A stretch of DNA of 64,000 nt from Acidimicrobiia bacterium (GTDB lineage: Bacteria > Actinomycetota > Acidimicrobiia > IMCC26256 > PALSA-610), in contig JBBQTI010000001.1 in assembly GCA_038213435.1 (NCBI GenBank), forward strand, positions 56,295-120,294, read 5' to 3'. Under the pieces are notes generated by a model that worked only from the letters and a program-made list of their open reading frames with translations, did no database searches and was not told the DNA's origin. A program made the translations under genes and the position numbers. Shown here in pieces: positions 28,029 to 36,536 of this stretch (its first letter is position 1; each line of letters starts with the position of its first letter).

Positions 28029-29266
28029 TAGGCCGGCTCCTCGTAGAGGAGCTCGTGGTCGCCGATGCGCACGACGTCGCCGTCGGCGGCGCCGGCCCGC
28101 GCCAGCGCGCGCTCGACGCCCATGCGCTGCAACCGCTGTTGGACGTAGGCCATCGCTTCGGAATTCGTGAGGTCGGCGAGCGCTACCGCGCGCTCGGCGG
28201 GCCGGCCCTGCACGCGCCACTCCTTCGGGCCCTCGCGCACCACGGAGAAACCTTGCTCCTCGGGCCGGAACACGACGTACGGGTCGACTTCGCCTTCGGC
28301 GGCGCGCGCGGCTTCGATCAATGTCGCGAGCTGCCCGCGGAACTCGTCGAGACCGGCGCGCGTCACGCTCGCGATGCGCATCCCGTCGAACTCCACGTCG
28401 GGAGCGGCGACGTCAGCCTTGCTGCCGACGAGGAGGCGCGGCCGGTCGAGCAGCGCCGGTCGGTAGCGACGGAGCTCGTCCAGCAGCACGCGCTCCTGCT
28501 CGGCGGGTGGGCGGTCGTCGACCGGCGCGAGGTCGCAGAGGATCACGAGCACGCGTGCGCGTTCGATGTGACGCAAGAAATGGTGGCCGAGGCCCCGGCC
28601 CTCGGCCGCGCCTTCGATGAGGCCCGGGATGTCGGCCAACACGAAGTCGTGGTCCTGCCAACGCACGACGCCGAGGTGGGGTTCGAGCGTGGTGAACGGG
28701 TAGTTGGCGATCTTGGGCTTGGCCGCGCTGACGACCGAGATCAGGGTCGACTTCCCCGCGTTCGGGAAGCCGACGAGCGCGGCATCGGCCATCAGCTTGA
28801 GCTCGAGCTTCAGCCAGCGCTCCTCGCCGTACTCACCCTGCTCCGCGAAGCTCGGCGCTCGCCGCGCGTTCGACAAGAACCGCGCGTTGCCGCGCCCGCC
28901 TTGGCCACCGCGCGCCGCGAGCCAGGTATCGCCGTGGTGCAGGAGGTCGGCGAGCAGCTCGCCGTCGAGCGAGCGCACGACCGTGCCTTCGGGGACATCG
29001 ACCACGAGGTCGGCCCCGCTCTTGCCGTGCAGCTTCTGGCCCTTGCCGTGCGTCCCCGACCCGGCCTTGCGATGGGGATGATCGCGAAACGCCAGCAACG
29101 AGGCGACGTTGCGGTTTGCGCGCAACCACACATCGCCGCCGCGACCACCGTCACCGCCGTCCGGGCCGCCCTTCGGCACGTGCGACTCGCGCCGGAAGCC
29201 GACGCAGCCCGCGCCGCCGTCACCGCCCTTCACGTTGCTCTGCGCGGTATCGACGAATCCAGACAT
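28028..29266 (-). CDS. obgE: GTPase ObgE/CgtA
   Basis: GGPDGGDGGRGG, GFPNAGKST, ANYPFTTLEPHLG, DIPGLIEGA, C-terminal OCT domain. Confidence 0.98.
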   Translation of the reverse strand: MSGFVDTAQSNVKGGDGGAGCVGFRRESHVPKGGPDGGDGGRGGDVWLRANRNVASLLAFRDHPHRKAGSGTHGKGQKLHGKSGADLVVDVPEGTVVRSLDGELLADLLHHGDTWLAARGGQGGRGNARFLSNARRAPSFAEQGEYGEERWLKLELKLMADAALVGFPNAGKSTLISVVSAAKPKIANYPFTTLEPHLGVVRWQDHDFVLADIPGLIEGAAEGRGLGHHFLRHIERARVLVILCDLAPVDDRPPAEQERVLLDELRRYRPALLDRPRLLVGSKADVAAPDVEFDGMRIASVTRAGLDEFRGQLATLIEAARAAEGEVDPYVVFRPEEQGFSVVREGPKEWRVQGRPAERAVALADLTNSEAMAYVQQRLQRMGVERALARAGAADGDVVRIGDHELLYEEPA

Positions 29267-29308
29267 TCCCGACCAGGATACGGAGGCGCGTCCGCGTATC
29301 CTCCGTTC

Positions 29309-29782
29309 ATGGGTCGCCTCGCCCTCCTTCTCTTCTCCGTTCTCGCGCTGGTTTCGCTCGCCGGCTGCAGTAGCGGGCACCAGGCGACTGTCCCCTCGAC
29401 CACCACGACGGCCTCCTCGTCGATCCCGGTCACCACGACGACGACCGAGCTGTCGTCCACGACTTCGACGACCCCGGCCGCAACGAGCACTACGACATCA
29501 ACCGTCGTCCGGTCGAGCGTGCAGATCAGCGAGTTCAGCGTCAGCCCGTCCTCACCCGTGTGCAACGCGCCGACCATGATCCAGCTCCAATGGACCGCGG
29601 TCGGAGCGTCCTCCGTCGACCTCTCGATCGACGGACAGCCGTTCGCAACATTCGGCGGCGGCGCCCAAAGCCATCTCGAGTACTACGCGTGCGACGGCAA
29701 GCCGCACACCTATCTGCTCACCGCGCGGTCCGGATCGGCCACCGCGATCGCGAGCCGGGTCGTCACGTCGACAACGGGTTGA
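29309..29782 (+). CDS. Putative lipoprotein with Thr/Ser-rich stalk and small beta-sandwich domain
   Basis: Signal peptide and lipobox LAGC; TTTT/SSS linker; FSVSPSSPVC...YACDGKPHTYLLTA (two Cys). Confidence 0.8.
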   Translation: MGRLALLLFSVLALVSLAGCSSGHQATVPSTTTTASSSIPVTTTTTELSSTTSTTPAATSTTTSTVVRSSVQISEFSVSPSSPVCNAPTMIQLQWTAVGASSVDLSIDGQPFATFGGGAQSHLEYYACDGKPHTYLLTARSGSATAIASRVVTSTTG

Positions 29783-29805
29783 ACCGCCGGGCTGAATCGC
29801 CGGGC
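29780..29805. repeat. 13-bp near-perfect tandem duplication including a stop codon
   Basis: TGAACCGCCGGGC / TGAATCGCCGGGC. Confidence 0.75.
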
Positions 29806-30368
29806 TACTCGCCCGACTTCGCCGCGGCTTTCATCGCACGTTTCTTCTCGCGGATCTCGAGCACCCGCTCGTAGGAGTCGACGTCGGCGATCGAAGGCCA
29901 GTCGGCGGCTGCGACCTCCCACCCGGCCGGGCGCACGCCGAGTCGCTTGCCCAGCAGGCCGACGAAGATTCGAGCCTTCGCGGGGCCGAACCCAGGGAGC
30001 GCGACCACGCGGGTGAGCAGCTCGTCGCCGCTCGCCACGTACGTCCACACCGCCTCGGCCCGGCCGCCATAGTGCTCGACGAGGTACGCGCACAAGGCCT
30101 GGGTCCGCTTGGCCATCGCACCCGGATAGCGGTGCAACGCCGGCTTGGCCCGGAAGATCGCCTCGAGCGCGCTCGGCTCCATCTTCGCGATCGCGGTCGC
30201 GTCGAGCGGGTGGCCGCCCAGACGCTCCTTCAGCAGCGCGGGCGCGTTGAAAGCCCACTCCATCGGGACCTGCTGATCGAGCAGCATCCCGATCATCACG
30301 GCGAGCGGCTCCGACGCGAGGAGCCGGTTGGCGCCGGCGTCGGGCGTGAAGTACAGCGCGGTCGGCAT
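29805..30368 (-). CDS. HhH-GPD-type base-excision DNA repair protein (actinobacterial family)
   Basis: PLAVMIGMLLDQQVPMEWAF, LHRYPGAMAKR, LPGFGPAKARIF, SIADV. Confidence 0.9.
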   Translation of the reverse strand: MPTALYFTPDAGANRLLASEPLAVMIGMLLDQQVPMEWAFNAPALLKERLGGHPLDATAIAKMEPSALEAIFRAKPALHRYPGAMAKRTQALCAYLVEHYGGRAEAVWTYVASGDELLTRVVALPGFGPAKARIFVGLLGKRLGVRPAGWEVAAADWPSIADVDSYERVLEIREKKRAMKAAAKSGE

Positions 30369-30497
30369 CGACCCGAGCCTAGAACGCTTTGTGCGGCCCA
30401 GGGCCGGGCTCGAGGGCGGGCTCGGGGCTGGGCTCGGAGGACGAACGACTAGACTGACCCATCCTGAAATCTCGTTCCGCTCGTCCAGGGGAGCGAA

Positions 30498-32837
30498 TTG
30501 CCCGACCGCATCGACCCCGAAGTCGCCGCTGAACAGGCCTATGTCACGGCGGCGTACGCGCGGCTCGAGGCGATGCGAGCCGCGGCCGAACGGGTCCGGA
30601 CCGCATACGCCGACGTGCGCGCGGGAGGCACCCACCAGGCCCGCCTCGAGCGCGATATCGCCTGGGACGTGACGCAGCGCCGCCTGGCCGATCTCGACAT
30701 CGGCGAGTCACCCCTGGTCTTCGGTCGCCTCGACCTCGAACGCGGGGTTCGGTGGTACGTCGGGCGCCTGGCCGTCGAGGACGGGGGCCACACGCCGCTC
30801 GTCGTCGACTGGCGCGCGCCGGTGGCGGAGCCCTTCTACCGGGCCACCGCCGTCGCCCCGATGGCGGTCGTGCGGCGGCGGCACCTGATCACCCGCAAGG
30901 GTCGGGAGGTGATCGGCCTCGACGACGAGGTGTTCGACCAGCTCGCCGTCGAGGACGAGGGCCTCGGCGTTGCCGGCGAAGGCGCCCTTCTCGCCGCGCT
31001 CGAGCGGAATCGCACCGGGCGCATGAGCGACATCGTCGCCACGATCCAGTCCGAGCAGGACGAGGCGATCCGAGCCGACGTGCAGGGGGTGCTCGTCGTC
31101 GCGGGCGGTCCCGGCACGGGAAAGACCGCGGTCGCGCTGCACCGGGCCGCGTACCTGCTCTATACGCACCGGCGTCGCCTCGCGAGCCAAGGTGTCCTCC
31201 TCGTCGGACCGAGTCCGGTGTTCCTCCGCTACATCGAGCACGTCCTCCCGTCGCTGGGCGAGCAGGACGTGCAGCTCTCGACGATCTCGGGGCTGAAGCC
31301 GCGGTTGCGCGTGGTCGCGACCGACCAGCGGCGCGTCGCGGAGCTGAAGGGCGACGCGCGCATGGCGCGAGTCATCCAACACGCGGTCGCCGATCGCGAA
31401 CGTGCGTTGGCGCGCGATCTGATCGTCCTCATCGACGGGTTGCGCGTGCGGTTGTCCCGTTCCGACACCGCTCGCCTCATCGAGAACACGCGCCGTCGGC
31501 GTGCGTCCCACAACGAGAACCGGCCGTACGTCGCCCGGCGGCTCTACGACATGCTCGCGGCGCGTTACAAGAACGCGGCCATCCGCGCGTATCGCGAGCA
31601 GAGCATCGACGCGCCGGCAGACAACGTGACGAGCATCTTCGACCGCGACAACTCTCTCGATGCGACAATCGCGAGCACACTCGCGCGCGGCGAGCCGACT
31701 CCCGAGGGTTGGGAGCAGGAGCTGCGCGTCCGCTTCCGCAACCGGCCCGAAGTGAAGGAAGCGCTCGAACGCATGTGGCCGGTGCTCTCCGGTGCCGAGC
31801 TCGTGAACGACCTCTTCGGGTTCCGCGCGCTCGTGCGATCGGCGTCCGGATCATTGCTGAACGACGATGAGCAAGAGCTGTTGCACCGGCGTCGCGATCC
31901 GGATGTCGCACAGGCGCCGTGGACCGAGGCCGACCTCGCGCTGGTCGACGAAGCCGATTCGCTCCTCGGCCCGATCGAAGCGGCGCGGCCCGCCGCTCGG
32001 CGTCGCAACGGCGCCGGCGAGACGTTCGACACCGCCGAGCGGGTCATCGACGACCTCGGGTTACGCGGCTTCGCCAGCGCGGCGACGCTCGCGAGCCGCT
32101 TCGGAGACACCTCCGGCAACGGGCACGAACCGACGTCGCTCGAACCACGCACCTTCGGTCACGTGCTCGTCGACGAGGCGCAGGACCTCACCGCGATGCA
32201 ATGGCGGATGCTGGCCCGGCGTTGTCCGTCGGGCTCCATGACCCTTGTCGGCGATCCCGGCCAGGCCAGCAAACCGGGAGCCGTCGCGTCGTGGGACGAT
32301 GTGCTCTCCCACCTGCCGACGCACAACGCAACGCGCTTCGTCTCGCTGAGCATCAACTACCGCACACCCGCGGAGGTTATGGAGGTCGCGTCACGGCTTC
32401 TCGCCGTCGCCGCGCCGACGGTCGAACCGTCCCGATCGGTGCGGAGCACGGGCGAGTACCCGCGCTACGTCGCCGCTCCGAGCGACGATCTGGTGGCCAT
32501 GGCAAGCGCCGAGGCGCGCGCCGCGCTGAGCCGGACGGGAGCGGTCGCCGTCATCGCGCCGCCGGCGCTGCACGCGGCGATCGTCGAAGCGCTCGCCGAC
32601 GTCGGCGCGGTCGCGACCTCGGCCGACGCGCTCGATGCTCCGATCGCAGTGCTCGACCCGACCAGCGCGAAGGGCCTCGAGTTCGATCACGTCATCGTCG
32701 TGGAGCCGTCCGCGTTGGTGAGCCCCGATCGAGCCGGCCTGCGACTCCTCTACGTCACCATCACCCGCACGACGAAGACGCTCACCGTCGTTCACGCCGA
32801 CGCCCTCCCCGAGGGTCTCGCGCCGCGACTCGGCTAA
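30498..32837 (+). CDS. helD: HelD-like SF1 ATPase (RNA polymerase recycling factor family)
   Basis: VVDWRAPVAEPFY, GRMSDIVATIQSEQDEAIR, GGPGTGKTAVALHRAAYLLY, VDEAQD, KGLEFD, YVTITRTT. Confidence 0.85.
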   Translation: MPDRIDPEVAAEQAYVTAAYARLEAMRAAAERVRTAYADVRAGGTHQARLERDIAWDVTQRRLADLDIGESPLVFGRLDLERGVRWYVGRLAVEDGGHTPLVVDWRAPVAEPFYRATAVAPMAVVRRRHLITRKGREVIGLDDEVFDQLAVEDEGLGVAGEGALLAALERNRTGRMSDIVATIQSEQDEAIRADVQGVLVVAGGPGTGKTAVALHRAAYLLYTHRRRLASQGVLLVGPSPVFLRYIEHVLPSLGEQDVQLSTISGLKPRLRVVATDQRRVAELKGDARMARVIQHAVADRERALARDLIVLIDGLRVRLSRSDTARLIENTRRRRASHNENRPYVARRLYDMLAARYKNAAIRAYREQSIDAPADNVTSIFDRDNSLDATIASTLARGEPTPEGWEQELRVRFRNRPEVKEALERMWPVLSGAELVNDLFGFRALVRSASGSLLNDDEQELLHRRRDPDVAQAPWTEADLALVDEADSLLGPIEAARPAARRRNGAGETFDTAERVIDDLGLRGFASAATLASRFGDTSGNGHEPTSLEPRTFGHVLVDEAQDLTAMQWRMLARRCPSGSMTLVGDPGQASKPGAVASWDDVLSHLPTHNATRFVSLSINYRTPAEVMEVASRLLAVAAPTVEPSRSVRSTGEYPRYVAAPSDDLVAMASAEARAALSRTGAVAVIAPPALHAAIVEALADVGAVATSADALDAPIAVLDPTSAKGLEFDHVIVVEPSALVSPDRAGLRLLYVTITRTTKTLTVVHADALPEGLAPRLG

Positions 32838-32848
32838 CCGTTCGCGAC

Positions 32849-33081
32849 CTAGACGAGTCGCACGAACTGACGCTTCCAGGTCCGACCGTCGCCGAGCGTG
32901 AGCCCGTCGCGGTCGAGGGTGAAGATCCGATCCGGATGAAGCCGGACGGGTGATACTGGACCGCGCCCACGGGTTTGGTCCCGTAGGGCAGAAACCAAGG
33001 GTCTTCCTCGGTCGCGCGATCGCCGTACTCGGTGAGTTGCCATGTCCCCGCGAGGGCCGCGCGAGCGACTTCGGGAGTCAT
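32849..33081 (-). pseudogene. Lipocalin-like (Lipocalin_5-type) protein remnant with frameshift and internal deletion
   Basis: LAGTWQLTEYGDR...PYGTKPVGAVQYHPSG in one frame, then RIFTLDRDGLTLGDGRTWKRQFVRLV in another; only ~77 codons in total. Confidence 0.55.
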
Positions 33082-33109
33082 GTTCCTGAGCCCTCGGGCG
33101 CGAATCGGG

Positions 33110-33367
33110 TCAGGCGTCGGCCAGGACGATGTCGACGAGCTTGCGCCCCCGCCGGGAGCCGAACTTCACGACACCGTCCGCTTTCGCGAACAACGTGTCG
33201 TCCCGGCCCAACCCGACGTTGTAGCCGGGGTGAAAACGCGTCCCGCGCTGGCGCACGATGATCGTGCCCGCGGCGACGGTCTCGCCGCTGTAACGCTTGA
33301 CGCCGAGCCGCTGCGCGTTGGAGTCGCGGCCGTTGCGGGAGGACGCGGCACCCTTCTTCTTCGACAT
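33110..33367 (-). CDS. rpmA: 50S ribosomal protein L27
   Basis: [24 protein letters not shown]...[22 protein letters not shown]. Confidence 0.98.
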   Translation of the reverse strand: MSKKKGAASSRNGRDSNAQRLGVKRYSGETVAAGTIIVRQRGTRFHPGYNVGLGRDDTLFAKADGVVKFGSRRGRKLVDIVLADA

Positions 33368-33378
33368 GTTCCGCTCCC

Positions 33379-33681
33379 CTAGCCCTTCGTGATCCCGATG
33401 ATCTCGATCGTCGAATACTTCTGGCGATGGCCCCAGTGCTTGCGCTCGTTCGACTTGTTCTTGTACGTGAAGCCCTTGATCTTCGGCCCCTTCGCATCGC
33501 CGACGACCCGAGCCGTCACCGCGGCGGCGCCGAGCTCGGCGGGCGTGGCGAGCACGCTCTCGCCGTCGACCAGCATCACCGGCCGGAGTGTGATCTCTTC
33601 ACCGTCGAGACGCTCGACGTCGAGGCGGTCGCCTTCGGCGACGCGGTATTGCTTGCCGCCGGTGTGGATGACTGCGTACAT
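33379..33681 (-). CDS. rplU: 50S ribosomal protein L21
   Basis: [18 protein letters not shown]...[11 protein letters not shown]. Confidence 0.98.
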   Translation of the reverse strand: MYAVIHTGGKQYRVAEGDRLDVERLDGEEITLRPVMLVDGESVLATPAELGAAAVTARVVGDAKGPKIKGFTYKNKSNERKHWGHRQKYSTIEIIGITKG

Positions 33682-33731
33682 GCGCGATGCCTCTTCAGAG
33701 TGCTTCTCGGAACCGGGAAAGGATAGCGGAT

Positions 33732-35783
33732 CTATTCCAGCATGGACTCGTCGACGACGAAGCCGCGGCCGTTGCAGTGTGGGCAAGTCGACGAGAACGT
33801 CTCGACCAGTCCTTCCGAAACCCGCTTGCGTGTCATCTCGACCAGACCGAGCTCCGAGATCGGGAACACCTGGGTGCGGGTCTTGTCGCGGGCGAGCGCT
33901 TGCCGGAACGCTTCTTCCACCGCCTCGCGATTCTGTCTGATCTCCATGTCGATGAAGTCGATGACGATGATGCCGCCGATGTCGCGCAGTCGCAGCTCGC
34001 GCGCGACGACCTCTGCGGCTTCGAGATTGTTGCGGTAGACCGTCTCCTCGAGATTCGATGTGCCGACGTTCTTCCCGGTGTTGACGTCGATGACGGTCAG
34101 AGCCTCCGTGCGTTCGACGACGAGCGATCCGCCCGACGGCAGCCACACTTTGCGGTCGAGCGCCTTGTGCAACTGCTCGTGGACGTGGAATTTCTCGAAG
34201 ACCGGGAGGCGTTCGGCGTCCGGGTCGTAGTACTCGACCCGTTCCGCGAGCTCCGGCGCGATCGCCTCGATGTACCCGTTCACTTCTTCGTACAGGCTCG
34301 CGTCGTCGATGACCACACCGCGGAATTCCTTCGTGAACTCCTCGCGGATGAGCCGGATCGCGAGTTGCGGCTCCTTGTAGAGCAGGCTGCCAGGCTTCGC
34401 CTTCTTGGCGATCTCCGAGATCTGTCGCCACTGCGCGTTGAGGCGCAGCATGTCGCGCTCGAGCTCCTCTTCGGTGGCCCCTTCCGCCGCGGTCCTGACG
34501 ATCAGTCCCGCGTCGGCGGGCCGCAGCCGGTCGAGTACTCGGCGCAGGCGCTTGCGCTCGTCGTCGGGAAGCCGCTTCGAGATGCCGTACGTCTGCGGTT
34601 GGCCGGGCACCATGACGACGAACCGGCCGGCGAGACTCACCTCCTGAGTGAGGCGGGCACCCTTGTGCGCGATCGGGTTCTTCGTGACCTGCACGATGAT
34701 CGCCTGGCCGTTACGCAACACCCGCTCGATGCGCGGCTTCTCTCCGCCTTCCACATCGTTGGGGTCGTACGCCACGTCACCGCGGTACAGCACACCGTTC
34801 TTGGGCGTGCCGATGTCGATGAACGCGGCCTCCATGCCGGGCAACACGTTCTGCACACGTCCGAAGTAGATATTCCCGTCGATCGATGTGTTGTCGTCGG
34901 TCGGCGACGACACGTAGTGCTCGATGAGCTGGCGGCCCTCGAGCACCCCGATGTGCGCGAACCCGTCGGCGCGAACGTGCACGACCATGAGGTAGCGGCC
35001 GGCCGGACGACCCTTTCGACGTGTGCCGCGCCGGCGCTCGAGCGTCTCGGAGTCGAGTGAATCGAGCAACGCAGTGCCGTCGACGTCGACGTCGCCGAGC
35101 TCACCGGCGTCGACGTACTGCACGGCCCCACGGCCCGGCATGCCACCCGATCGGCCGGGCGGACGGGTCGGCGCTGCTGCGGCACCCGCGACACGAGCTT
35201 CGTCACCTTTACCCCGCCCCCTGCCACCTCTGCGCCGACGGCGCTTCTTGGGCGCGCCGCCGGGATCGGTCGCGGCACCGTTCTCCGTGTATTCGGAAGC
35301 CGGCGACGCCGGCGCAGGCCGGCTGTCTCCGATCTTGGGCCGGACCGTGGGGGGTGGCACCAGGCCGGCGTCCTCACGCGCCTGCGCGCCGATCTCGTCG
35401 TCGGTCAGACCGCGATCGGCGCTCTCGGCGGTCCAGTCCTCGCTGCCGTGCACGGCGTCGTCTTCGTCATCGGCGCGCCCGGCTCCCGCAGCACCGCCGG
35501 CCACCGCGCCCGCTCCGGCCGGCTTCTTGCGGCGCTGGCCACCACGCGTGCCGCGCCGGCGCTTCTTCCGGGGCACGCCGCCGTCGGCTCCCGGCGGGCT
35601 GCCCACATCTACGGTCGCGGGCGAGTCGCTCGCGGACTGCGCGCTCGGGGACGCCGCGCTCCTAGTGCCCGCGGGCGACGCCCCGGGCTCGTCGGCCGGC
35701 GCGGTCGTCGGGCGCGTCTCGGTGGGCGCCTGGGTGGGTGTCTCGGCTCGCGTCTCGTCCTCGAGACGGTTCAGGTCTGACAT
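33732..35783 (-). CDS. rne: Ribonuclease E/G with long disordered, Arg-rich N-terminal extension
   Basis: GNIYFGRVQNVLPGMEAAFIDIG, VWLPSGGSLVV, IDVNTG, LRDIGGIIVIDFIDM, CPHCNGRG. Confidence 0.95.
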   Translation of the reverse strand: MSDLNRLEDETRAETPTQAPTETRPTTAPADEPGASPAGTRSAASPSAQSASDSPATVDVGSPPGADGGVPRKKRRRGTRGGQRRKKPAGAGAVAGGAAGAGRADDEDDAVHGSEDWTAESADRGLTDDEIGAQAREDAGLVPPPTVRPKIGDSRPAPASPASEYTENGAATDPGGAPKKRRRRRGGRGRGKGDEARVAGAAAAPTRPPGRSGGMPGRGAVQYVDAGELGDVDVDGTALLDSLDSETLERRRGTRRKGRPAGRYLMVVHVRADGFAHIGVLEGRQLIEHYVSSPTDDNTSIDGNIYFGRVQNVLPGMEAAFIDIGTPKNGVLYRGDVAYDPNDVEGGEKPRIERVLRNGQAIIVQVTKNPIAHKGARLTQEVSLAGRFVVMVPGQPQTYGISKRLPDDERKRLRRVLDRLRPADAGLIVRTAAEGATEEELERDMLRLNAQWRQISEIAKKAKPGSLLYKEPQLAIRLIREEFTKEFRGVVIDDASLYEEVNGYIEAIAPELAERVEYYDPDAERLPVFEKFHVHEQLHKALDRKVWLPSGGSLVVERTEALTVIDVNTGKNVGTSNLEETVYRNNLEAAEVVARELRLRDIGGIIVIDFIDMEIRQNREAVEEAFRQALARDKTRTQVFPISELGLVEMTRKRVSEGLVETFSSTCPHCNGRGFVVDESMLE

Positions 35784-35795
35784 CGATGCCTTCTC

Positions 35796-36536
35796 TCATG
35801 ACACGCATGCCTCCGGCACACGCGGGCGCGTGTCGGCGTCGAGCGGCTCCTGCCGCGCGCCGTCGCGCTCGATCCATTGATGCGTACGCCGCGCTCGAAC
35901 ATCGGTGAGGTCGCCGATGGCCGCGAGTACCTCACCCGGCTTCGCGCCGCGCGGTTGGGTTGACATTTCCATCTCGACGACCGTCGGAAGTCCCGCGGTC
36001 GAGGGCCCGCCGCACACGGTGATCCGACGGATCACGGGCCGTACGTCCTCGACGACCTCGCGACCCTTGCGGTGCCGTGTCGCCACCAGCGCGGGCCTTG
36101 CCAGCCCGGCGTCGATCTCCTCGCGCAGTCGCGCCGGATCGACTTCCGTCAGGTCGCCGCGGGCGACGTCGACCCGCCATTCGACGCACGTCACCGCCTC
36201 TTGCAACGCCGGTGCGCGATCGGCAAGTGCGACCGCGCCGACCACGTCGATACCTTCCGGCAACCCGCTGTTGAGCCGGGAAGCAAGCGCATCGAGATCG
36301 ACGGCTTCTGAGAACACCAGGTCGAGGTACTCGGACTCGCTCTCGTGCCCGGTCGACAACGCCAGCCCGAAGCTCACCCGCGGCCGGGGCGAGAAGCCCT
36401 CGCTGAACGCGAGTGGAAGCTGGGCGATGCGAAATGCGCGCTCGAGCGCGCGCGCGACATCGCGGTGGCTGATCCAGCGGACCTTGCCGAGCTTCGTATA
36501 CCGGAGCCGGACGGGATTCGCCGCGCCGCCTCTCAC
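35796..36536 (-). CDS. Radical SAM-linked protein (TIGR03936/DUF2344-like)
   Basis: RYTKLGKVRWISHRDVARALERAFR, FSEGFSPRPRVSFGLALSTG; GTGA overlap with the radical SAM gene. Confidence 0.88.
   Translation of the reverse strand: MRGGAANPVRLRYTKLGKVRWISHRDVARALERAFRIAQLPLAFSEGFSPRPRVSFGLALSTGHESESEYLDLVFSEAVDLDALASRLNSGLPEGIDVVGAVALADRAPALQEAVTCVEWRVDVARGDLTEVDPARLREEIDAGLARPALVATRHRKGREVVEDVRPVIRRITVCGGPSTAGLPTVVEMEMSTQPRGAKPGEVLAAIGDLTDVRARRTHQWIERDGARQEPLDADTRPRVPEACVS

Noticed and set aside
30369-30497. Rifamycin-associated element upstream of helD
   Set aside because: No palindrome resembling the RAE is visible; only short GGGCTC repeats.
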